A stretch of 64,000 nt of DNA from Escherichia coli (GTDB taxonomy: Bacteria > Pseudomonadota > Gammaproteobacteria > Enterobacterales > Enterobacteriaceae). Under the pieces are notes generated by a model. That model was not told where the DNA came from. It searched no databases and saw nothing but the letters and a program-made list of their open reading frames with translations. The position numbers were made by a program, and so were the translations under genes. Below, piece by piece: positions 49,867 to 57,948 of this stretch (position 1 is the stretch's first letter; each line of letters opens with the position of its first letter). The stretch lies in NCBI RefSeq assembly GCF_013315695.1, contig NZ_CP054353.1; one strand, written 5' to 3'.

Positions 49867-50442
49867 TCAAATATCAGGGAGTTGCAAGAACGACTTAAGT
49901 CGGTAGAAGGTTGCTTTGCTGATCTCTAACCTATCCTGGACCGCTGCTGGTGGTAATCCTCGTGCTAATAACTCACGTACTTGTTCAACGGTTGCTTTGA
50001 TCGGTCTGCCGCAATGCTTACCTTCCGACTGAGCTCGTTTGATTCCTGCGGCTCTACGCTCTGCGATTAGGTCTTTTTCCAGGCTGGCAAGTCCTGCCAT
50101 CATAGTGAGCATGGCTTTACCCACTGGTGTTGAAAGATCAAACCCCTCTCGCAAGCTGACAACCTTCACACCCTTCATTTGCAACATTTCAACAGTAGAT
50201 AGTACATCGATAGTGTTACGTCCCAAGCGGTTTATAGCAATCACGATCAGCGTATCGCCTTCTCGCACATAATTGAGTAGTTCAGCAAACCCTGGACGCT
50301 CTCCTGCCTTGATTGCACCACTCACCGCTTCATCACTAAACCAGCGAGTTACGCTATAACCAGCATCGGCTATCTGCTTCTTCTGGTTTTCAACGTTTTG
50401 ATCGCTGGTGGAAACTCGCACATATCCGATCACAGTTGTCAT
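49867..50442 (-). CDS. Serine recombinase, resolvase/invertase family (191 aa)
   Basis: N-terminal catalytic motif IGYVRVSTSDQ and C-terminal HTH. Confidence 0.85.
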   Translation of the reverse strand: MTTVIGYVRVSTSDQNVENQKKQIADAGYSVTRWFSDEAVSGAIKAGERPGFAELLNYVREGDTLIVIAINRLGRNTIDVLSTVEMLQMKGVKVVSLREGFDLSTPVGKAMLTMMAGLASLEKDLIAERRAAGIKRAQSEGKHCGRPIKATVEQVRELLARGLPPAAVQDRLEISKATFYRLKSFLQLPDI

Positions 50443-50454
50443 GATGTTCTCTAA

Positions 50455-50576
50455 GTCTCAAAAGGTAGTGTCAAAATAATAGCTGTCTCAAAATTAAAGA
50501 TCAACCTTTTGAGACAAGGCGAAGCCGCATTCTGTCGTTGCGTCGGTGTGGTCTTATAAGGAGATGGTTTTGAGAC
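50455..50576. promoter_or_regulatory. Candidate res/recombination site: GTCTCAAAA repeats upstream of the serine recombinase
   Basis: GTCTCAAAA at 50455 and 50485, GTGTCAAAA at 50468, inverted TTTTGAGAC at 50507 and 50568. Confidence 0.45.
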
Positions 50577-50681
50577 TGGATAGCAGCGGTTTAGGAATAG
50601 AGGCTTGGAACGAGAGTATGGGGAGAATGGAAATTCGGAATGGGCGGTCAACTTATTGGGCGTGATTGCTCACGCCTTTGT

Positions 50682-51033
50682 TTAGATCTCAGAACACAGG
50701 CTCAGCGTGTAGAGTGCCGTTTCACCATCGTTGTTAGTTGGGCGCATAACGAAAACTGGATCACTGCCGTTGTCGATGTAAGTAACCGCTATTCCACCGT
50801 CTGGGGTGGCGTACATCTTCGCAATACTTTTCTCTCCAATGAAACCCAGCCGCCAGGTTTTACCACCCATGCTCACTTTCATGATTTTGTCCCGCACATC
50901 GAGGCGAGTTTCGACAGACGATTTTTGGCTACCAGAATCTATCTGCCCTTCCTGAATGGCCTTACAGGTGAATGTGGTTGCACTTGAGGCGAAGGGGGGG
51001 GACGAGCAGCGCCGCGAGAATCAATTTTTTCAT
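50682..51033 (-). pseudogene. Small secreted protein gene interrupted by a G8/C8 homopolymer frameshift (possible phase-variable gene)
   Basis: ATG at 51033 encodes signal peptide MKKLILAALLV then 8 C at 50994..51001 shifts frame; 7 or 10 C would join it to the 71-aa ORF 50682..50897. Confidence 0.5.
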
Positions 51034-51213
51034 GGTCTTCCTTTTGGATACGAGTTAAGAGTTCGTCGGGAGACATTATAAAATCTTTAATTGATAAAAA
51101 CGATCAATTTCTATCGTATTGATCGATAAAATTGATCATAATTGAAACTATAAATCCTACGCTCAGTCGTTATGGATGAGGTTTTTTATAAGAGAACTCA
51201 ACGGGATGATGTT

Positions 51214-51420
51214 ATGAAAAGAGCAATGATGGTGATGTGTGGGCTACTGTTTTCACAGTTGGTAGCAGCAGGGCAGATCACAATGATCGATCCCCAGCAG
51301 GATACGACGGAGAATGGCAAGACGCTTTGCACCTACGAGAACAGCCAGTATGTTTTTACCTACGTCACTAAAGGGCAGTGCCCCTATGCAAAGACTTTCG
51401 ATACTCAGGATTCAGAGTAG
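51214..51420 (+). CDS. Small secreted cysteine-containing protein (68 aa from MKRAMM)
   Basis: Signal peptide MKRAMMVMCGLLFSQLVAAG; mature part has two Cys (TLCTY, GQCPY). Confidence 0.5.
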   Translation: MKRAMMVMCGLLFSQLVAAGQITMIDPQQDTTENGKTLCTYENSQYVFTYVTKGQCPYAKTFDTQDSE

Positions 51421-52604
51421 AGGCTGCATAAAATAGGAAGTGTTGTTTAACTTCATGAAAAGACAGGTGTGCTTAGCACAAGCCTCCAACGGATTGATTG
51501 TTAATTCTTCTGATAACGGCACAGCGCAAGGCTTTACGCAAAGAGAGTGATAGTTACTATCTTGATGACTATGGCAATTTTCCCCCTGTAACAACGGCAT
51601 TCATTACCTGCTAATTACCAGCGGATTACGCGCCAGTTTGATGGGAATTAACTCAGGGTTATTGCATGGGGTAGTGTGGAGTGAGCAGGGTGACAGTCTA
51701 CCGTTGGGTGAAGGGCTGATAGGTAATCGACGCGAAGCGCCGGAACCATACTGTTATGCGCTGGCCTTGGTGCCAGGCTCACGCCGCGCATGAAAGATAG
51801 CCATTACAGGAGAGATAATTTTTGACAAGTTACCTTCATCAAAGGTGCTTCTCCTGTATAAATGCTTGTTATGCTCGCTATGCTCCCAAACACAAACCCA
51901 TTAAACCCAACTAACTTAAGGTTAGTTAATTGGTTTTCTCTCTCTCTTGGGCTACTACCGCCCAAACTTTGCTTAATGCCATACAGCGACTACGCCGCCA
52001 TTAACAACACTCCACAATGATCCAATGGCATTCCTGCTTAATGTCATCCACCGATCTTGATTAGCCACCAACCAAACAACCACCCTAAATCTTTTAGGCT
52101 GTCTGTTTATCTGGTGCAAGGTAGCTATGACATTACCATACGTGCAAACATCCCAAGCCAATCATCACTGATTGGCTCGTGCTGATGCACTTCAGTGCAG
52201 AGAGAGAATCTCTCTACTATTATAGCGTATTTAGTAGGTCCCTGTATTTAAAGGAAAAATTAGGGTGAAAATCGCCATTGTTCACTTTTTTTCTCAAGAA
52301 ATGGCGAGATGCTGTTCGTAAATGGGAGGCATGGCTGTCTTCTCTGGTGGCAAGTTCTACCACAAATTTTGATTGACAGCAACCATCTATTTCTGGTATA
52401 AGAAGCACTAATTGCAAAGCAAAAATGCAACTAATTGAAAATGACCAAAAATATTTCATGAGATCACCGTTTGGGTATTGACAAACGTTAGTGGTCTATG
52501 GTATTCTTAATACTAAGAAGGGGAGAAAACCTTCTGAACTTTTCAGCCCTGGGCAGGGTAACTGCCTGGGGCTTTTTGCATCCAAAATCCGAAGGAGGCC
52601 ATTA

Positions 52605-52781
52605 TTGAAGTATTACAGCAGTGACCAGATTTTTAATGACCTGGTGAGCGGCGAAGTGAAACGCCACGTTATTTACGCATCTATGCAAGCAGCAAAATCG
52701 AGAGGGTATACAGACCGAATGGAAATGTTTCAATCTGCAATTATCCGTTATGACCAACACCGAAGGGAGAACACCAACTAA
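52605..52781 (+). CDS. Hypothetical small protein (58 aa, TTG start)
   Basis: Perfect SD AGGAGG 6 nt upstream of TTG 52605; stop overlaps the next gene's SD; function unknown. Confidence 0.4.
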   Translation: MKYYSSDQIFNDLVSGEVKRHVIYASMQAAKSRGYTDRMEMFQSAIIRYDQHRRENTN

Positions 52782-52790
52782 GGAGGAACA

Positions 52791-53711
52791 TTGATTCAAG
52801 CATACGAAGACGGCTATTTTTACAGAGATACCCCGCACCACGATCACTGCCCGCTTTCAGCATTTTCCAGACCATCCCAGCAATTCATCGTTATTGATAA
52901 TGTTCTGTACGTTGTCGAAGTGGAAAGTGGTGAAATTCTTCACTACGACTCGACAGAGTATTTGCTTGATGGTGGCATTGTTCAGGATCTGCATTTGAGT
53001 TACTCGACAGCAGACACCGCCAAATCAAAACAGGCTCACCGTGAATACGCTAATAAGCTGGGCGACCTTCCAGGGAATGCAGCCTATAACGGGATCAAGG
53101 AATACGCAGACGTATTAAGCAAGCCAGATTTCAAGAAAGTATTTGCATTGTGTCAGGAAGTAGATAGACGCAATGTAGTGTTTATAAAACGTGCGGATTT
53201 GAGCATAATACTGAACACCACGCCGGATCATCTCAATCGTGTATTATCTGCTCTTGAACGTAAGCACTACATCAAAGTTGATAAAGCTGAACACCAGAAA
53301 GGAGTATTAAAACTGTGGGTTAATCCTTCGTTTGTCTGGAAGGGTGATTCAGCTAACCGCTACTTATCTGGATATTTGCAGGGCTTCCCAATCTTGGAAC
53401 GTAAACGCTCCACAAAACGTTCTGACGTGCTCGACACGCTCACGGCTGCTGCAATGGTTGCCTTTGATACCTGGCACATTGAACACGGTTATAAGGCCAA
53501 TCAGCCTCATTCTAATGAATGGTATGCAGAGATCACGATGTACGAAAACGCCTACGGCGAAGGGGTGAGGCTTGCAGCAGAAAATAAGACATTGAACAAG
53601 TTATTGAACCCGGCAACATCTGAGGGGGATTTCGTTTATGAGCTATTCACTACGGCACAATACAGGGAATACCTGCAAACATTGGCAAAACAAGTAAGGA
53701 GATTACACTGA
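52791..53711 (+). CDS. Hypothetical protein (306 aa, TTG start) with possible winged-helix region
   Basis: SD AGGAGG at 52781..52786, TTG at 52791; N-terminal His/Cys cluster (HHDHCP); central helix-rich segment; no recognised catalytic motif. Confidence 0.6.
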   Translation: MIQAYEDGYFYRDTPHHDHCPLSAFSRPSQQFIVIDNVLYVVEVESGEILHYDSTEYLLDGGIVQDLHLSYSTADTAKSKQAHREYANKLGDLPGNAAYNGIKEYADVLSKPDFKKVFALCQEVDRRNVVFIKRADLSIILNTTPDHLNRVLSALERKHYIKVDKAEHQKGVLKLWVNPSFVWKGDSANRYLSGYLQGFPILERKRSTKRSDVLDTLTAAAMVAFDTWHIEHGYKANQPHSNEWYAEITMYENAYGEGVRLAAENKTLNKLLNPATSEGDFVYELFTTAQYREYLQTLAKQVRRLH

Positions 53712-53995
53712 ACCAATGTTTTGTAATAAAGAAGCCAGCACAATACTTATTTGAACTAAATTAAGCAACTCTCATACACACCGCTCTTTTGGTGAGTTAT
53801 TTATTACTATCTTTAAGGTGATGAGTGTTTATACTGTATTAAATTATTATAAATAAGGGGATGGTGTATGATTACAGCTCTTTATTGGTGTTTGTTCTTT
53901 CAGTTTGCGCTGTATTTTTTGTCTAAATTAAATTTAAATTGAAAATTAGCCCTGATCTTGAAATAGTTCAGGGCTGGAATTTCTAAAAAATAACA

Positions 53996-54955
53996 TCAGT
54001 GTGCTTTTAGTTCATCTTTAGCTAATGAGTCATAGAGTATTTTTGTGAGCGGAGACTCTAAATAATCATCACTAAGTAGTTTAATAAAATGCTTTTGGGA
54101 TTCTTTTGTTTTTACGAGCAATTGTGTGCCGTCTTCACTTACAATTAAAACTGTTGAAAGATAGGTATGCTTGCTTACATAATCGATAATTTCTGGCACA
54201 TCAATTTTCCCCAGTACAGGTGAGTGTTTGGCAATTTTGGCAAGCTTCCTTGAGAAAGAAATTTCTTTTGCACTCTTCTCAAGGTGAGTAAGATCTTCGA
54301 TAAGCAATGAAGCTTTCAATGCTTCCAAAGCCACCGTTGCTTGAGCTTCAATAACCTGATGGAACTGCATCGTTATTTCTAAAGTTTTTTGATTTTTTAT
54401 CAGGAATTCGTCGTCTATAAGAGCCAAGTCATAATTATAATCTAATCGGAACACTTGGGTTGGCAATTCTTTTAAATACCCGTCTGCGTCTGGTATCAAG
54501 TTAAACAATTTTCGGCTTTGCTCAAAAACCATGAGGTTTGTTTTGTTCTTATACAATGACAAACACTTATTGTTGCCTCTTAACTGAATTATTATCCCTT
54601 TCACGTCAGTAAATTTATTATTTAAATCATAATAATCCTGAGAGTTAGGCGGTATGGCTATTGCATTTTTTATAAAATCAAACTCTTTTGGATGTTCTTC
54701 ATAATCAAATGCAAACAAGGCATTTTTTCTATCATCAAAATTCGAAAGGAGAGGAATGGTTAAATCCTCATTTGTCACAATGTCGTCGTAAAGCCTAATT
54801 TTGAATCCTTCAACAATTTTTGGTAAAGCTTCAGCATCTATTTTAGATAATTTTAATTCATAATTATCTTCAGTTTTAACTATAAAGATAATTCTTATAC
54901 CTGAGAAATTATCGAAAATTTCGGTGATTTGATTTTTAAAATTCACAGGGGTCAT
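53996..54955 (-). CDS. Candidate Kiwa KwaB-like (DUF4868-like) defence protein (319 aa)
   Basis: AT-rich soluble ORF coupled by 1-nt TAATG overlap to the upstream 4-TM protein; assignment is by architecture only. Confidence 0.45.
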   Translation of the reverse strand: MTPVNFKNQITEIFDNFSGIRIIFIVKTEDNYELKLSKIDAEALPKIVEGFKIRLYDDIVTNEDLTIPLLSNFDDRKNALFAFDYEEHPKEFDFIKNAIAIPPNSQDYYDLNNKFTDVKGIIIQLRGNNKCLSLYKNKTNLMVFEQSRKLFNLIPDADGYLKELPTQVFRLDYNYDLALIDDEFLIKNQKTLEITMQFHQVIEAQATVALEALKASLLIEDLTHLEKSAKEISFSRKLAKIAKHSPVLGKIDVPEIIDYVSKHTYLSTVLIVSEDGTQLLVKTKESQKHFIKLLSDDYLESPLTKILYDSLAKDELKAH

Positions 54956-55542
54956 TATTTTTTCCTTGCTATGAAAACGTAGTCATCAAAAAAACTATAG
55001 AATACTTGATCGTCAACAGTCAGCACATCCATCGAGATTGCAATGACGTTTTTTACTTCACCACTTCCTGCATGAGAAATGTTAACTCTATACAACTTAT
55101 AACCGAAAAGCGCCAAAGTAGGATTCGCATAATACTTATCCGTTTTAATGAAAATTAAACCAATAACTACTATTAAGAGAAAGTACGCAATGTTTTTCTG
55201 AGGGTCATCAAAACTGAATCCCATAAAAGGTACTATGTAAGTTGCTAAGAAAGTCAAACTTTCATAGCTCTCACTTTGGCAAGCAGTGATTGTTACACAG
55301 TCAGCATTGTTGACCTTCGTCAATCCTTTAAACCTTCTATAGAAATAAAATGCTATTCCTATAAAAATTAAACAAATTATTGAGATTATGTTGCTGGAAG
55401 CTAATTGATAAAAACCTATAAAATGGCAGGAAGAGCCATAACAAAATGGGATTTTTGCGCTCAAAATGATAATAAAAACAAACAGCAACATTAAAGACAG
55501 TATGTATAGTCCCATCTTGTTGAATGTGCTTTTTCGTTTCAT
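54955..55542 (-). CDS. Candidate Kiwa KwaA-like membrane protein (~195 aa, four predicted TM helices)
   Basis: Four hydrophobic segments; start taken at MKRKSTF with GGGGGA SD (ORF track starts 10 codons upstream). Confidence 0.45.
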   Translation of the reverse strand: MKRKSTFNKMGLYILSLMLLFVFIIILSAKIPFCYGSSCHFIGFYQLASSNIISIICLIFIGIAFYFYRRFKGLTKVNNADCVTITACQSESYESLTFLATYIVPFMGFSFDDPQKNIAYFLLIVVIGLIFIKTDKYYANPTLALFGYKLYRVNISHAGSGEVKNVIAISMDVLTVDDQVFYSFFDDYVFIARKK

Positions 55543-55826
55543 GTTATCCCCCAGTGATGAAATCATAATCAAAACTTGATCATGTGAACATCAAAAGCAT
55601 ACCTTAAAGCACTGGTTTTTTGTACAGCAATCGGCAAATTCATGCGTACTATCGAACTTACAAGAGGACGCATAGTAGATTTTCTGATCCAAATTGCCAT
55701 CATGTACTTTTAATTCATGTAGAGTAGCCAATGAAGTATCAGCAATTACATGATTTTATTGTCTATTTTTTATGTTTTTTTGTAAAACACCAGAAGATTG
55801 AAAAGGGCCAATGAGGCCCCTTGGCG

Positions 55827-56078
55827 TTATTTACGGTTTTTGTTGGATTGAGCCAGCACGGAAGCAGCAAGCTGCTTGGTTAAAGTACTGGAACGTGGAT
55901 TATCCAGCGCCGCAGATGCTTTATGTTCCATTGCACCACTTGTCTGATTTGAGGAACCTTTTTGAGAGAGAGCTGAACCAGCAAGGCTCTTCTGAATTGC
56001 AGATGCGTTGGGGTTGTTTAGGGTTTGTGCTGCGACTGATGCGACTTTACTTGATGTTTGCTTTGAATTGTTAGCCAT
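55827..56078 (-). CDS. Hypothetical low-complexity Ser/Ala/Gln-rich small protein with ~20-aa internal repeats (83 aa)
   Basis: Repeats of A-[AS]-x-[LA]-x-Q (SVAAQTLNNP / SLAGSALSQK / SAALDNPRSS / LAASVLAQSN); no TM segment. Confidence 0.35.
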   Translation of the reverse strand: MANNSKQTSSKVASVAAQTLNNPNASAIQKSLAGSALSQKGSSNQTSGAMEHKASAALDNPRSSTLTKQLAASVLAQSNKNRK

Positions 56079-56309
56079 TCTCAACACCTATTCAAGAAGT
56101 GAATTATTGAACATCTTGTATTTAAATCAAGAATGAATACAAGATGTAGTGTTAATGATAATCCTCACCGCTTCGCTGTGCAACGATGAAAAATCTCTTT
56201 ACTGGATAAAACTACAGTTTTAAAAATGTGCGGTATTTCTGCTTTCAAATTGGCTTAATGTGCATACATTTAGATGATACCACTGCGTTTTCTGATCGTT
56301 ATTCGTTCA

Positions 56310-57587
56310 CTATTTATCAGTTTTCTCACGTTGGGGCTCCGTCTCTATCTCTGGGTAACGTAATAGCTCGATGTATGGCTGTAGTTCAATCGGAGATGCT
56401 GCATTCTTGCTGTACGTCTTGAAACTTTCTGTAGAGCCGCGCTCATGACCCAAGAGAAGTGCGATCCGGTCTTCTGTAACTGGTTTTAACTTACCTCGTC
56501 CAACCCCCCCACGATCCAGAATCTGCGCCACTGCATGGCGTAGACTGTGAAAAACTTTCAACTCTGATCCTACTTCCCCCAATGCCTTACGTTTAGCCCT
56601 CGTAAAACGCTGTGAATGCCACGTAGAGCGCTTTCCATCTGCGCGGTCAGCTATCGACGCACGATAGAATAAAAAGCCGTTATGGGGCTTCTCACGCAGC
56701 GACAAAACCAACGGAGTGATCAGGCTATGCACCGGAATAATACGGGCTGCTGATTTGGTCTTCCCCTCCGTCACTTCGAAACATAACACCCCTTCAATCT
56801 CTCGGATGTTGGCTGCACGTAATGAACAAATTTCATTCAGGCGCATACCGCTATACATCCCGATCAGCGTTACATTTTGCATCTCTTCATCATTCGCCAT
56901 CACAGCGAACACCTTCGCCAATTCTCCAGGCTCAAATACTTCATAACTCACCTTGCTACTTTTGGCCTCCAGCGCATGACCGCGCCAGATGTTTTCTTGC
57001 GGTGCATCGTGGTAGCGATTACGGGCCAGATCCCAGATTTGAGCCAGTGCGCTGACATAGTTTTGTATGGTCTGTGGTGCTTTCTCCGTCTTGAGCTGAT
57101 CAAGCCAGCCTGTAACGGTGGTTCGGTTAACGTCACGAAGCTGAACATCACGCTTTTTCAGATGTTCTAAGAGCACTTCAACAGCCTTGTTTGTCTTCGA
57201 TAGCGTAGTGAGTTTGCGCTTCTCGCTGAACTGCAATAGATAAAGATCACGCATTTTCAGGAGGGATGGCACTCCTTGGGATTGGGTATTGCTCATGACA
57301 TGCTGAACAGGTGTTTCATGAACTCGGGCGCTAACTCTGCGTAGCTCTGCAATTGCCTGCTCAATCTTACTCCCTTCTCTTGGTTTGACCTGTTCCCGTA
57401 AACGTATCCATTCAACAGCGATAGCATCTCTGAACAATCGCGCCTGACGTATGTCACTTGTGCCAGTGCTCTTGACGAAGTAGCGCTTGTTGCCAAAAAG
57501 CGAGCGCATGTAAGCTGGAACGGTAATCCTTACCAGATAGTTTCCGCATGGATCTAAAACTAAGTAACGATCTCTCTTGAAACTCAT
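56310..57587 (-). CDS. Tyrosine site-specific recombinase (island integrase), ~425 aa
   Basis: C-terminal catalytic region with conserved R...HxxR...Y (SLRHAVAQ ... ESFKTYSK); adjacent to island att repeat. Confidence 0.85.
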   Translation of the reverse strand: MSFKRDRYLVLDPCGNYLVRITVPAYMRSLFGNKRYFVKSTGTSDIRQARLFRDAIAVEWIRLREQVKPREGSKIEQAIAELRRVSARVHETPVQHVMSNTQSQGVPSLLKMRDLYLLQFSEKRKLTTLSKTNKAVEVLLEHLKKRDVQLRDVNRTTVTGWLDQLKTEKAPQTIQNYVSALAQIWDLARNRYHDAPQENIWRGHALEAKSSKVSYEVFEPGELAKVFAVMANDEEMQNVTLIGMYSGMRLNEICSLRAANIREIEGVLCFEVTEGKTKSAARIIPVHSLITPLVLSLREKPHNGFLFYRASIADRADGKRSTWHSQRFTRAKRKALGEVGSELKVFHSLRHAVAQILDRGGVGRGKLKPVTEDRIALLLGHERGSTESFKTYSKNAASPIELQPYIELLRYPEIETEPQREKTDK

Positions 57588-57707
57588 GTTCACCCCGGCT
57601 ATTTTGTAAGGGCTTTTACATGGGGAAGTTTCCTGTGTAGATTGTTGGAGCGGCGAATTATTAGCAGTTGATTCAATAGCTTAGATCAGCTTGCTGGACA
57701 AGCGAAC

Positions 57708-57750
57708 ACCGTAGAAATACGTGCCGGTTCGAGCCCGGCCTTCGGCACCA
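57708..57750 (+). repeat. Direct repeat of leuX 3' end (island attR), 43 bp with one mismatch
   Basis: accgtagaaatacgtgccggttcgagCccggccttcggcacca versus tRNA 47313..47355 (T in the tRNA). Confidence 0.9.
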
Positions 57751-57764
57751 TCGGAACATCAATA

Positions 57765-57788
57765 GACGTCAACGGACGTCTTTTTTTG
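57765..57788 (+). terminator. Intrinsic terminator after the displaced tRNA 3'-end copy
   Basis: Hairpin gacgtc-aacg-gacgtc followed by T7. Confidence 0.7.
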
Positions 57789-57948
57789 TGCCTAAAATCC
57801 AGTATCCGCAAGGCTTTCCTCGCTTTTTCACTCAACCTAAGTCAACCTGATTCAATCTACATCAACTTACTGATGCGGGTACAACTGCGGGTATTTCCCG
57901 GTTCGATAATGTTTGTACCCACACAGAACCCTTGAAAGGATACTCATC

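Larger units (their letters stand above)
47356..57750. mobile_element. leuX-integrated genomic island (~10.4 kb) with R-M system, recombinases and candidate defence genes
   Basis: Bounded by intact leuX and a 43-bp direct repeat of the tRNA 3' end at 57708..57750; carries a tyrosine integrase; visibly AT-rich. Confidence 0.8.

Noticed and set aside
52220-52459. 79-aa minus-strand ORF in the gene-free island stretch
   Set aside because: Hydrophobic low-complexity translation with no ribosome-binding site; kept only as part of the gene-free region finding.
56310-57587. Assigning the island integrase as intB
   Set aside because: Its sequence is distinct from the P4-type intB remnant at 57949..59126; it is the integrase of the newer leuX island, so it was left unnamed.
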